From a virus, in the IMG/VR virus record IMGVR_UViG_3300010883_000009, positions 29,876 through 93,875 of that record: 64,000 nucleotides of DNA; one strand, 5' to 3'. Below, in pieces: positions 29,612 to 39,205 of the stretch. Position 1 is the stretch's first letter, and each line of letters opens with the position of its first letter. A program made the translations under genes and the position numbers. Under the pieces are notes generated by a model. The model saw only the letters and a program-made list of their open reading frames with translations, had not been told where the DNA came from and did not search any database.

Positions 29612-32047
29612 CTATTTCATCTTTCGTAGCTTCCACAGCCCGAAATCATCAAATAATCTATCTGCTTCTTTCTTTCCTTCAGAACGGATACTTTCCCTTG
29701 CAAATAAAAGATCGAACTCTGAAATACCTCCTTTGAACAAAGAAGCAGAACTAGATATCATAGAATGAACTAAATCTCTATCAATATCCAAATCATACTG
29801 CAACTTTAACTTCAAAGCTCTCAAAATAATCACTGGGTTATTCTTAACAAGTCTCTTTGGATCAGAGTAAGTCTTAAGAATACCCTTACGAACTGCCTTC
29901 TGAGCAACCCTTAGTGGATCAATAACGTCCCCCGTGACTACGTTAAAGGCGAACATATTGATCGTAAAATCTCGGCGTAACAAATCAATAACGATTTGAC
30001 TACGCTGCGACTTGCGTAACATAGAGAGACGAGCAAGCTCTTCTTTTCTTGATGTCAAGCTAAATTCTACCTTAATTCCCTTATAGGCAAATGTTAAATC
30101 GTCACCGATTTCTGGAACAACTCCCAATTCGCTAGCCAACAACTGTCCAATCTGACCGTTGGTACGTGCTGATTTTGTTGAAAAATCTAGTTGCTCTACA
30201 TCGGGATTATCATTCCCCATCACCCTTTCTCTTGCATACATCCCAACGATATGAAGATCCTCAATTTCTGCTCTCTCGGCAATCGACTTGGCAATATCAA
30301 CGATCTCTTCGACTGCCTGAGATCTGCAATAAGAAAATCCAAGAAGATCTTCGATCAAATCATCCAAATCTTCAGAAGACTTATCACTTTGGAAACGAGC
30401 TTCTGCTTTACGCAACGTATCGGCAGGAACAGAAGTATCGGTAATCCATATCGAATAGATGAACTCTTCATCCATTGTTCTTCCAAAACGAAATGACTTG
30501 AGATTGATGCCTTCGCATTCAACAACCTTTTTAATGAACGGATAAATATCGCTAGTGACAACTAATCGAGTAGCTTTCATCTTCCCCAACAATATACGTT
30601 CTTTGATTACTTCCAAGATACGCAAAATCTGCGGAATGTCACTTTCTACATCTGTTTCTACTTTGGCAAAACGTTTTGCAGGATGTACATTAGAATTATC
30701 CTCTACCATTTCATCCCATAGTTGCGGTTTAAAACGTGGCTCAATCCATCTGTAATAGAATCCCTTAAGATCGTATGACGGATTGTATCGAGGTTGGCTC
30801 TTAATCCATGTCTCTTCTTCGGAGAAACTTTCATCTCTATCATCCCACGCCATAACCCTGTCTCCAAGACCGGGAATAGTAGAACCGTCCGAAATCTCAA
30901 GATTGTTATACCATCCGAAAAGCGTAGCTTCTTTCTTCATCTTAGAAGCCGTCTTTCCTAATGGGACCATAAGAGGTTGCGGTCTACGTTCCTCCATCAA
31001 CTGTTCAAGGGTCTTATACCCAGCAGTTTCATCATGGTCTTTGGAAAGCAACTCTTCATATATTAACTGAGGATTTGGAACAAAATCATTAGCGAACTGT
31101 TTGCGGAGTTGCTTCTCTACGATATCGTGAATCTGACTAAGATCAGGGGCTAATGGCCACGTGAAACCTCTACCCAATCGTTCCTCAATAGGAACATTCT
31201 GATCTTGTTGAGCCATCATACCCCAATCTGCCATACCTGCTTCAGGAGATGGCGATCTACCTGTCCGTCCTGACAAATCAGAACCCGTTGGTTTGTTTTG
31301 CATGGACTTAGGAACATAACTCGTATATTGAGAAAAACGATACCAATTCCTTTTACCAGCCATGATAGGCATATCTTCGCCGGACTCCGTTTGGTATTTC
31401 TGTTTGATGTTTTCCATCATCTGTCCAGCAAAATCTGCTTCTCTACCTTGAGCGGCACCTTCGTCTCCGCCCATGGAGTGCTCCCATTCATGAACTATGG
31501 TAGCTCCTAACTCCAGCATGATTAACATATCCCAAAGAAGGTTTGGATTGGAGATAGGGACTCCCGCTGCTTCAGCATCATTAGCAATCTTCAGCATATT
31601 TTGTTCTGTAGCGCTTTTGACTTTATTCATGTTAACGCCAAGAACTTCACTCTTACCGGTATTAATCTGATCCCAAACCTGTTTGATTTCTGATTGGACT
31701 TGTTCGTTAGGCTTATCCTGATCCTTTGGGTAGGCAACGAGCATCTTGTTCTCTTCTTTAATCTCGTACCCTCTGCCCTCTAATTGCGCTTGCAACTCGT
31801 TAGCTTTAACTTCTTCTACGAGAGAGGGGATATATACGCCGTAAGCTCCTTGATTAGAAAAGTCAAAAATGTAAGATACATCTTGCGATATTTGAGGAGC
31901 ATATTGGTACACCAACTCCATAGTTTCGGCTGTTCTTGAGAACATAGAAGAAAGCTGAGAGAAGTCGATACTACCGCCGGGACTGTATTTAGGAGTGTCC
32001 CCGCTATAGTACTGAGAATAATCTTGATTTTGAGATTCCTTTTCCAT
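29612..32047 (-). CDS. multidomain protein: HExxH protease-like N-terminus and degenerate CCA-adding/poly(A) polymerase-like C-terminus
   Basis: IVHEWEH...E; HIVGMYARE...QLDFST, DLLRRDFTIN, VIDPL, NNPVIILRALK; start set at MEKESQ from promoter position. Confidence 0.7.
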   Translation of the reverse strand: MEKESQNQDYSQYYSGDTPKYSPGGSIDFSQLSSMFSRTAETMELVYQYAPQISQDVSYIFDFSNQGAYGVYIPSLVEEVKANELQAQLEGRGYEIKEENKMLVAYPKDQDKPNEQVQSEIKQVWDQINTGKSEVLGVNMNKVKSATEQNMLKIANDAEAAGVPISNPNLLWDMLIMLELGATIVHEWEHSMGGDEGAAQGREADFAGQMMENIKQKYQTESGEDMPIMAGKRNWYRFSQYTSYVPKSMQNKPTGSDLSGRTGRSPSPEAGMADWGMMAQQDQNVPIEERLGRGFTWPLAPDLSQIHDIVEKQLRKQFANDFVPNPQLIYEELLSKDHDETAGYKTLEQLMEERRPQPLMVPLGKTASKMKKEATLFGWYNNLEISDGSTIPGLGDRVMAWDDRDESFSEEETWIKSQPRYNPSYDLKGFYYRWIEPRFKPQLWDEMVEDNSNVHPAKRFAKVETDVESDIPQILRILEVIKERILLGKMKATRLVVTSDIYPFIKKVVECEGINLKSFRFGRTMDEEFIYSIWITDTSVPADTLRKAEARFQSDKSSEDLDDLIEDLLGFSYCRSQAVEEIVDIAKSIAERAEIEDLHIVGMYARERVMGNDNPDVEQLDFSTKSARTNGQIGQLLASELGVVPEIGDDLTFAYKGIKVEFSLTSRKEELARLSMLRKSQRSQIVIDLLRRDFTINMFAFNVVTGDVIDPLRVAQKAVRKGILKTYSDPKRLVKNNPVIILRALKLKLQYDLDIDRDLVHSMISSSASLFKGGISEFDLLFARESIRSEGKKEADRLFDDFGLWKLRKMK

Positions 32048-32084
32048 ATTCATCTATTTCTTGATTTGCTCTCCAAATCCCTAT

Positions 32085-32119
32085 AAAAAAAAGAGGTAGA
32101 GCCATAAGCTCTACCTCTT
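32085..32119 (-). terminator. intrinsic terminator after DUF2997-like gene
   Basis: AAGAGGTAGAGC/GCTCTACCTCTT stem plus T-tract. Confidence 0.85.
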
Positions 32120-32186
32120 AAACCACCAACCAGTATGATTTAGTCTTACTTGCCTAGAGCATATGCCCTTCTCGTAAGAAAACTGT

Positions 32187-32504
32187 TTAAACGCCGTATC
32201 CCAAGCCCAAATCTTTTTCTTTGGTCTCTTCTTCCTCGTCGCCGTCGCCTTCGTCACCTTCATTGTAACGATATTTATGAGGTCTTTGCTTCGCTTGGCG
32301 CTCTTCAAAATATTCGCAGGTCTTTCCTGAGTCTTCAGGAGTTATCAATTCACCAAACCCCGGGACTTCAGCATTCAAGAGATCTTCTAAGATATCTTCA
32401 TCGATACCATCTCCGCAGCTTGTTCCCCCTTCGTGACCTAGAACCTTGGCTTCATAGGTTCCATTTTTCTTGTTAACCGTTAATCTGACAATTACATCGC
32501 CCAT
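32187..32504 (-). CDS. DUF2997-like protein
   Basis: VRLTVNKKNGTYEAKVLGHEGGTSC...EYF pattern; directly downstream of a DUF1257-like gene. Confidence 0.55.
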   Translation of the reverse strand: MGDVIVRLTVNKKNGTYEAKVLGHEGGTSCGDGIDEDILEDLLNAEVPGFGELITPEDSGKTCEYFEERQAKQRPHKYRYNEGDEGDGDEEEETKEKDLGLGYGV

Positions 32505-32515
32505 GATCACTCTCC

Positions 32516-32947
32516 TTACGTCAATAGCTCTCTGGCTTTTTCGGCGTCAACGCGAATGTCGGTAACAATTTCCTCGTCACCATTCTCGTTGCGTAATACT
32601 TCGTATCCTCGCATTTGAGCGAGTGCCAAAGCTTTCATACGCATTACTTCGCCAGTTAATTTTTGCTTCAGCGCTCCGATAGAGTAATCTCCACCGATTT
32701 CCCATGTCCCGTTCTCGTTACGATTCAAACCGATATCGCTATAAAGATTGGGGATTTTACGTCCGGAACCTTCAACAACAATTTGGAATATATCCTTGAC
32801 TGGACTGCCATGAAATTTTGCTTGTAACCCACCCTGTTCATCAACCTTAACATGTTCTTCCCATTCGGGCATAACATTAATCAAAGCTTTTTTCAGGATA
32901 TTGAGGCTGCATTTTAGCTCAATTTTACCTGTTTGCCAATGGCTCAT
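32516..32947 (-). CDS. DUF1257/Ycf35-like protein, paralog 2
   Basis: MSHW start behind AGGAG; LKKAL, SDIGLNRNENGTWEIGGDY, AQMRGYEV. Confidence 0.7.
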   Translation of the reverse strand: MSHWQTGKIELKCSLNILKKALINVMPEWEEHVKVDEQGGLQAKFHGSPVKDIFQIVVEGSGRKIPNLYSDIGLNRNENGTWEIGGDYSIGALKQKLTGEVMRMKALALAQMRGYEVLRNENGDEEIVTDIRVDAEKARELLT

Positions 32948-32980
32948 ACTGGTTCTCCTTATCAACTTCTAAATGACAAT

Positions 32981-34045
32981 TTACTTTGTCTTTATGTCAT
33001 TCATTATACAGAAGTTTTTAAAATAATAAGAAGGTAAACCGACATTCAATCCATACTCTCCATCCTGTGCAACAATGGATGTCAACATGCCAACAACCTC
33101 TCCATTATCTGTCTTGACGATAGGACCGCCGCTATTGCCTTGAAAAACTGGTGCATCTATGAAGAAATACTTAGGAGAACCCTGATGACCATAGATCTGT
33201 CTACCCATAGATCCAACGTTGCCAAACGATACATTATTTTCAAAACCATGGGGACTTCCAATGGTTAAGATATCGTCTCCGATCTGCATCGAGGCTACGT
33301 CTAGTGCAAATGGCTCTACGTCTATCTCAGCTTTCAATATGGCTATATCCCATGCAGCATTCATAGCAACAATCTTGGCAGGGATGCGCCGTCCATTCTG
33401 AATGATATGGACTTCGACTCGATCTGTATAGTCTTCTAAATCTATATGAGACTCAATGCTCTTATCATAATTGATGATGACATGTGCGCAAGTTAAAAAG
33501 GTTTGGGGAGCTATGCAAAATGCTGCGCCAGTTTCTTTGACAGAATGATAAGTGTCAACTGACTCAACTTTAAAGGTACGTCTTAGGGATGCCGAAACAG
33601 TTTGAACACGATCTTGATTTTGAGCAACGCGAGCGATCCATTTGATAGGAACATTCTTTTCTCGCATCTTCTCTCTAAACTGCTGTACCAAGTTGAATGA
33701 CGGAAATGTTTTGGCTCCGCCCGGGATCTTAACTTTCCAAGTTTCGCTTTCGTCAGGATAAAGAGCGGTCATCTTGTTAAAGATTTCCATGTCCCGTTCT
33801 TTACGTTTGTAAAGGTCGCCTTCGTCTTTGTACGAACTGAAAAGTTCGTCAGACTTTTCGCCTCTACCCCAATCCCCGCCTGCATTCGGTAATACGTAAT
33901 TACGTCCGTCCATAACGTCCTGAATAGTATGGACATTATTTGTGGGAACAACCGAGCGATTAGTTGGTGTAGATAGACCAGTACCCGGAGCAATAATCTC
34001 GGGCATGAAAGTACGTGACTCTTTCTTTAACTTGATAAATTTCAT
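32981..34045 (-). CDS. trypsin-like (HtrA-type, no PDZ) serine protease with N-terminal extension
   Basis: LTCAHV, DIAIL, IGSPHG, GNSGGP catalytic motifs. Confidence 0.9.
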   Translation of the reverse strand: MKFIKLKKESRTFMPEIIAPGTGLSTPTNRSVVPTNNVHTIQDVMDGRNYVLPNAGGDWGRGEKSDELFSSYKDEGDLYKRKERDMEIFNKMTALYPDESETWKVKIPGGAKTFPSFNLVQQFREKMREKNVPIKWIARVAQNQDRVQTVSASLRRTFKVESVDTYHSVKETGAAFCIAPQTFLTCAHVIINYDKSIESHIDLEDYTDRVEVHIIQNGRRIPAKIVAMNAAWDIAILKAEIDVEPFALDVASMQIGDDILTIGSPHGFENNVSFGNVGSMGRQIYGHQGSPKYFFIDAPVFQGNSGGPIVKTDNGEVVGMLTSIVAQDGEYGLNVGLPSYYFKNFCIMNDIKTK

Positions 34046-34085
34046 AACAAATACAATTTCAATGTATTCGCTGTAAATTCCTTTC

Positions 34086-34997
34086 TTAGTACTCTAAGAA
34101 GTCGAGATCGTCTTTTTCGCTTTTTTCTTTCTTATCGACAAAAGACTGCTTTGCCGCTTCATCAGCGTCCTTGTCTGCCTGATCGATGAACTCTACGGCT
34201 CGATCTTTAATCTGCTGAGCTTCAGGTACAATAGAATTCTGCATAGCAACCTTTTCGGCTCCAGTTTCTCCGCCAACTACTGCTTCTCCACCCATTCGTT
34301 CTTCGGGAGACAGTTTTGACTCGTCTACAACGTCATCAGGCAAATTAGCGTCAAACTCTTCTTCCTCTTCAATCTTCTTCATAGCTTCAAGAGAGGCTCT
34401 GGTTTGCTCACTGTCATCAATATCTCCAGCAGCGCTACGATACATCTTGCCGGTTTTTGCTCCGTCAGGTGTCATAACAATGACAGTTGTCTCTTCATCA
34501 TCAGGTGATGCAGGCTTGACAACTTTCTTTACTGCCTTCTTTGATGCAGACTTGCTCTTGGAATTTTTGCGAGGCTTCTTATCCTTGGAACCTTTTGGTC
34601 TTCCACGGGATTTTGGTTTCTCTTCCTCTTCTTGCTCTTCAGCGGTAGCTTCAGGCGCAGGCGCATCTTCTACTTCGTCATCTGTTTCAGGGGCTTCAAC
34701 AGGAGCCTCGGGAGCAGATGGGACAGGAATAGGAATAGGAGCAGCATCCGTAGCTACTAAATCTTTTGGCGTTACCTTGGGGGCAGATTGAGTTTCTCCC
34801 TCTTCTACCTCTACGGCGATCAAACCCGCATTGACCAATGAATTAACTTCCGTCAACTGATCTTCATTGACAACATCGATATGTATAGCAATACTCTCTG
34901 GATATAACTCTGGGGTATTGTTATCTCCACGGATGACAATTCCTAAAGTATTAAACGCGATAGTAGATGGCGTTATGCCTCTGATTGTTACTTTCAT
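34086..34997 (-). CDS. acidic protein with AT-hook motif
   Basis: SRGRPKGSKDKKPRK; start MKVTIRG behind AGGAGG. Confidence 0.7.
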   Translation of the reverse strand: MKVTIRGITPSTIAFNTLGIVIRGDNNTPELYPESIAIHIDVVNEDQLTEVNSLVNAGLIAVEVEEGETQSAPKVTPKDLVATDAAPIPIPVPSAPEAPVEAPETDDEVEDAPAPEATAEEQEEEEKPKSRGRPKGSKDKKPRKNSKSKSASKKAVKKVVKPASPDDEETTVIVMTPDGAKTGKMYRSAAGDIDDSEQTRASLEAMKKIEEEEEFDANLPDDVVDESKLSPEERMGGEAVVGGETGAEKVAMQNSIVPEAQQIKDRAVEFIDQADKDADEAAKQSFVDKKEKSEKDDLDFLEY

Positions 34998-35054
34998 ACA
35001 AACCTCCTTTGATTTCCCACGTATTATACAAGAACTCAAACGAATTCGTGGAAA

Positions 35055-35243
35055 TTAATGACTATCTATGCAATCAAGGGAAATATGTTTCTTGCCCAAT
35101 TCTTTGCGAATTTTGGCAAATAACTGCGCTTTCTCATTATTATTGAGTTCACAAAGCGCGATAGTATCTTGAAGTTCAGCGTTAGCTCTTTCTAAATTAT
35201 ATTCGTTGAACGTTGCCAAAAAGCTATTGGCAATTTGACCCAC
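35055..35243 (-). CDS. small hypothetical protein
   Basis: 62-aa ORF filling the gap. Confidence 0.45.
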   Translation of the reverse strand: MGQIANSFLATFNEYNLERANAELQDTIALCELNNNEKAQLFAKIRKELGKKHISLDCIDSH

Positions 35244-35254
35244 TCTAGACGGTT

Positions 35255-36424
35255 CTACTTTTTTTTTGTGTCAGAAAGAACAACAATGTCGAAATCGTTA
35301 GAAGCGATTGGATCACCCTTAACCTTTTCCCAACTCTCAGGTCTACCCTTCTTGGAAACTGATACCTGCCCGACAAAATTGATTTCGCCGCTGGTAATCT
35401 TATCAAGATCAATGCCATCATCTTCTACGTTAACTGATCCATGAGACTCGCCAATGATGTCGCGTACCTTACGCTTCAACTCTTCGTCGCTCATGTCTTG
35501 CACAATTTCCTGCATTTCAGGATCAACTGTAACAGTCCCGATTACAACTCCCTCTACTTCTGTATTTTGAATATCAGAAACCGTAAATGGGCTGTCCTCT
35601 GTAAACTCTGCTCCGCCAAGTCCTTCTTTACCCGTTGGGTAATACTCTTCACCAATTAAACGAGCTACGATTTGATCATTTTTGCTAAAGAATGTTTCAG
35701 GAGTAAATCCGTCAACCTCTGCAAGGTAGCCATAGCCTTCCCGAAGTACGAGATCATAAGCTGCTTGCTGCAATTCATTTAACCCAAGCTGTCCACCTTC
35801 AGGACTGATATCTAGAGCGATATAGAGTCCTTTGGCAATGGGCGTATCAACGGGCTTAATCTCGTCCACTGTTAAAGGGGCTGCGCCAACTTCTTCAATA
35901 AATGTATCTTCATCTGGAAGTCCCGTCTCATCTTCAACGGCAACGCCTTCTTCCGGCGTCCAAGTGTCATCCGATCTCTCCCACCTAGACTCATTATCAA
36001 ATGCCAATTCTTGAGCAGTCACGACACGATTTTTTGAATCTGCTTTGAGATGGTCCCACCATCTTTTCTTCTTAGGAGTTCCCGATGCAGTTTCATACTT
36101 TTCATCTTCCTGTTTTGGCTTGGAAAGACGTTGCTCCTCAACCTTGTTGATGTCACCAGTATGAGTTTCGGAATTGCGATGCTGATGGAGTCCGCTGTCA
36201 GAATCATCTAGATTCTTCTCGATTATCTTGAAATCATTCCCGCTTGTACGAGTTTTCTCCAATTGCTTCTCGATGAGGACTTCCTTTTCATCGACACGAT
36301 CTTTTTCTAGCTGTTCCTGCGTAATAGACTCAGGAGCATCACTATGGTCTCGTTGGAGCTTTTTCTCGTAATGGATGTCTCCTTCTTGAGCTTTACCCGC
36401 AAAGGTCTTCAAATTGAATGTCAT
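35255..36424 (-). CDS. hypothetical acidic head-associated protein
   Basis: MTFNLKTFAGKAQ; SITQEQLE repeats like those in the scaffold. Confidence 0.75.
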   Translation of the reverse strand: MTFNLKTFAGKAQEGDIHYEKKLQRDHSDAPESITQEQLEKDRVDEKEVLIEKQLEKTRTSGNDFKIIEKNLDDSDSGLHQHRNSETHTGDINKVEEQRLSKPKQEDEKYETASGTPKKKRWWDHLKADSKNRVVTAQELAFDNESRWERSDDTWTPEEGVAVEDETGLPDEDTFIEEVGAAPLTVDEIKPVDTPIAKGLYIALDISPEGGQLGLNELQQAAYDLVLREGYGYLAEVDGFTPETFFSKNDQIVARLIGEEYYPTGKEGLGGAEFTEDSPFTVSDIQNTEVEGVVIGTVTVDPEMQEIVQDMSDEELKRKVRDIIGESHGSVNVEDDGIDLDKITSGEINFVGQVSVSKKGRPESWEKVKGDPIASNDFDIVVLSDTKKK

Positions 36425-36495
36425 AATATCTCCTTGTGGTCTAAAAACTGTTCTCTTGATTTTTTCTTCATCAAACAGCTAAAACCCTTTCTTTT

Positions 36496-38343
36496 TTATA
36501 CCCAACCTGTATGAACAACGATTGGTGACGGCAAAGCCATTTTCAATCCTTCGCTGGCTGCTGAAGTCGCTCCTGCCAAGCAATCTGCCAAATCGTCAGT
36601 CCCTATATCCCCGTTCTTGTCTGCAAGAATAGAATATCCTCTTTTCGTTTTTTTGAATTTCAACTCCTTCAATTCACCCATTAAAAGGCTAGTCTCTGCG
36701 CTATTGTCATAAAGAATTAGCTCTGGCTCAGGTTGATAAAGCATCATATTTCTAAGATTCTGATAGATTTTGCATTTAACCCTGTCATTGAATGCGATCT
36801 GGTTGCAGTTAATGCCGTGACTCCTTAATCTCTGTACACTATGAACCGAATGGTAATCGTCATACGTTACCGACATCGGATGGAATCTAGCACAAATCTG
36901 AATAATCTCCTTATCGATCTCATCGAAAAGCAATCCCAAACCCGGGGAAGGCTTCCATAGCCATACTCCTGCCAAAACACATCTTGTACGTTTGTGTCCC
37001 TGAGGAGTTACGTAACGATTCTTAGCAACCATAATGGCTGCATAATTATTGCTCTTCTTGGCAGGGTCTACATGTATATAGTAATTCGTGGAAGGCTGCG
37101 GTCTTATATGCTCCCTGATGTCTAAACGAAGACAACGATCAACCGCTGCTTCTTCAAAATAGTTACCATAAGCTCCGCCCTGCGCCCATTGAGCGCCAAA
37201 TTCAACGGTGAACATCTCAGGATTGTTGTTACGCTCTTTTATTAACTCAGGCTCATCGTAAGGAACGTCCAAATTAATATCCCAAGTAGGAAGCTGAAAT
37301 GACAAGCAAGCATCACTTATTTTTGGATCGTTTGCCTGAGCTTCCATGAAAGCATCATAGAAAGCTCCCGATTTGATGTTCGGAGACGAAATCATTACCA
37401 CTTTGCCAGCTTTGAATTTGTAAAATTTCGACAATGAAGGCTTAAGACGATTGACGAAATATTTGCCCGTTACTTTGCCGGTTTCATCATAGAATGCTAT
37501 CTCATCGAAAAGAAGTAGGATCGCGTTATATCCAGCGAGTGAGTCCGGATTACTATGTCCGCAAAGCAATAGTATCGAACCCGGGATACTTAAGATGGCT
37601 CCGTCACGTTCCTTCTGTAAATCTCGATCTGTATAAAGACGAATGGTGTCAGTAGTCTCCTTGGCGATTCTCCCCTCAAAAAACGGAGAATTTCGAATTC
37701 TTGCTTGAACCTGACCGAACAAACGTCCCGCCTGTTTTTGTGACAAAGCTACATTGATAATTGCAATTTCATCATCGTCAGGTAGGTTATAGTATCGATG
37801 AGGGTCTCCGTTGTTAATGATCAAAAGCTTATATGCTTCATATGCCGTAATGATAGATGCCATGAAAGTTTTTGTTCCACGTCTTCCGAGTACAAGTACT
37901 AACTGGGTAAATGGAGTTGATTTGTCTTCTTTTTCCTTCTCATGAAGTTTTTTAATGACATCTCTCATATTGCGTTCATAAGTAACGCCATCAAGATCTG
38001 CATCATCCTTCCTCTTATATAGCCATTCCCATTCTGATTGTGACAGAGCAATGTTTTCGTTACCAACAGTCCCTCTGTAAAAAGATTTGAGGATGACCGC
38101 CTGCCCGGGAAATACTTTAAACTCCGTCAATTCATCATCGTCATCGTCAATAATCTCTTCTTCATCTGCTGCATCTTCATCATACGTAAACCCTAAATAC
38201 CTTGGGTCACTGACGAACGTCATAATATCAACTATCTTATATCGATCATCCTTATCCGCTATTTCAGGATTGTCAGCTTCAATTTTACGGAGGGCATCAA
38301 ATAAAGGATTACGTGTTGCGTCTACTTCTTTTACTTTAGGCAT
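36496..38343 (-). CDS. terL: terminase large subunit
   Basis: GRRGTKT Walker A, LLLFDEIA Walker B, ISSP coupling motif, HVDPA and DDLADC nuclease motifs; start taken as MPKVKE. Confidence 0.9.
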   Translation of the reverse strand: MPKVKEVDATRNPLFDALRKIEADNPEIADKDDRYKIVDIMTFVSDPRYLGFTYDEDAADEEEIIDDDDDELTEFKVFPGQAVILKSFYRGTVGNENIALSQSEWEWLYKRKDDADLDGVTYERNMRDVIKKLHEKEKEDKSTPFTQLVLVLGRRGTKTFMASIITAYEAYKLLIINNGDPHRYYNLPDDDEIAIINVALSQKQAGRLFGQVQARIRNSPFFEGRIAKETTDTIRLYTDRDLQKERDGAILSIPGSILLLCGHSNPDSLAGYNAILLLFDEIAFYDETGKVTGKYFVNRLKPSLSKFYKFKAGKVVMISSPNIKSGAFYDAFMEAQANDPKISDACLSFQLPTWDINLDVPYDEPELIKERNNNPEMFTVEFGAQWAQGGAYGNYFEEAAVDRCLRLDIREHIRPQPSTNYYIHVDPAKKSNNYAAIMVAKNRYVTPQGHKRTRCVLAGVWLWKPSPGLGLLFDEIDKEIIQICARFHPMSVTYDDYHSVHSVQRLRSHGINCNQIAFNDRVKCKIYQNLRNMMLYQPEPELILYDNSAETSLLMGELKELKFKKTKRGYSILADKNGDIGTDDLADCLAGATSAASEGLKMALPSPIVVHTGWV

Positions 38344-39205
38344 CTTCTTTCTCCACAATATATAGACTGTTGTCAAAGTCTGCGGCGATACCAACTATAG
38401 AGTTAGATTCATAGACAGGACTATCGCTATTGGATTCTGTTGCGAACGAATACGTCCTCACGCCATCTTGACACATAATATAAAGAACATCTTTCTGTAC
38501 TGCCATCTTGGATGGAGAAGGCAATATATTCTCACAAGGATGTCCGCACAAAATTTTCATATGGGTTCCGTCTAGCTCACGTATCACACCACTCAATGAA
38601 TCGGCAAGCAATAGTTTACGATCTCGGATTGCTACTCCAGAAGGACATCCAATCGAAGTATCCTGAGGACGAACTCCGCTAGAGAACCTACAGCGACCAT
38701 CGCCTGCTACATGATGTAACGCAGAATCGCAATAGTAAAAAACCTTCTTGATAGACGGGAGGGCTATAAACACACGGTCTCTACCTACAGGCGCGATATG
38801 AGCCGCAACGTCAATTGGAGTTTTTTTCAGAAGAACACTAACTGATGCTTTAGGTTGACCTTCTATGACGCTGGACGAATAGTCATTAGGTATATCGATC
38901 ATCCTAATACTTCTTCCTCCAGCTTCTCCAGCAAACAAAAACTTCTGTCGCTGAAGATATGACAAGCCGCCCAAGGTTTCAAATCTAGGGTTACTGCCAA
39001 TTCTAGGTAAACCAGTAGTTTCTCCCTTCCATGGGTAAATATTCCCCTGTTCCGATGAGAATGCACCTATGATATTACCGGCAGCATATGCCAACCCAAG
39101 GTCTCCAGCCCAACATACATCTGATATCGGGAGAGGGGTATATAGATCTGTTATCGGCTCTACTGTGTTTGTTCCAAAGATCTTTTTCGATACTTTATAT
39201 TTCAT
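38336..39205 (-). CDS. NHL-repeat-like beta-propeller protein
   Basis: HVAGDG...CPSGVAI...LLLADSLSGVIR, PSKMAV. Confidence 0.6.
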   Translation of the reverse strand: MKYKVSKKIFGTNTVEPITDLYTPLPISDVCWAGDLGLAYAAGNIIGAFSSEQGNIYPWKGETTGLPRIGSNPRFETLGGLSYLQRQKFLFAGEAGGRSIRMIDIPNDYSSSVIEGQPKASVSVLLKKTPIDVAAHIAPVGRDRVFIALPSIKKVFYYCDSALHHVAGDGRCRFSSGVRPQDTSIGCPSGVAIRDRKLLLADSLSGVIRELDGTHMKILCGHPCENILPSPSKMAVQKDVLYIMCQDGVRTYSFATESNSDSPVYESNSIVGIAADFDNSLYIVEKEDA

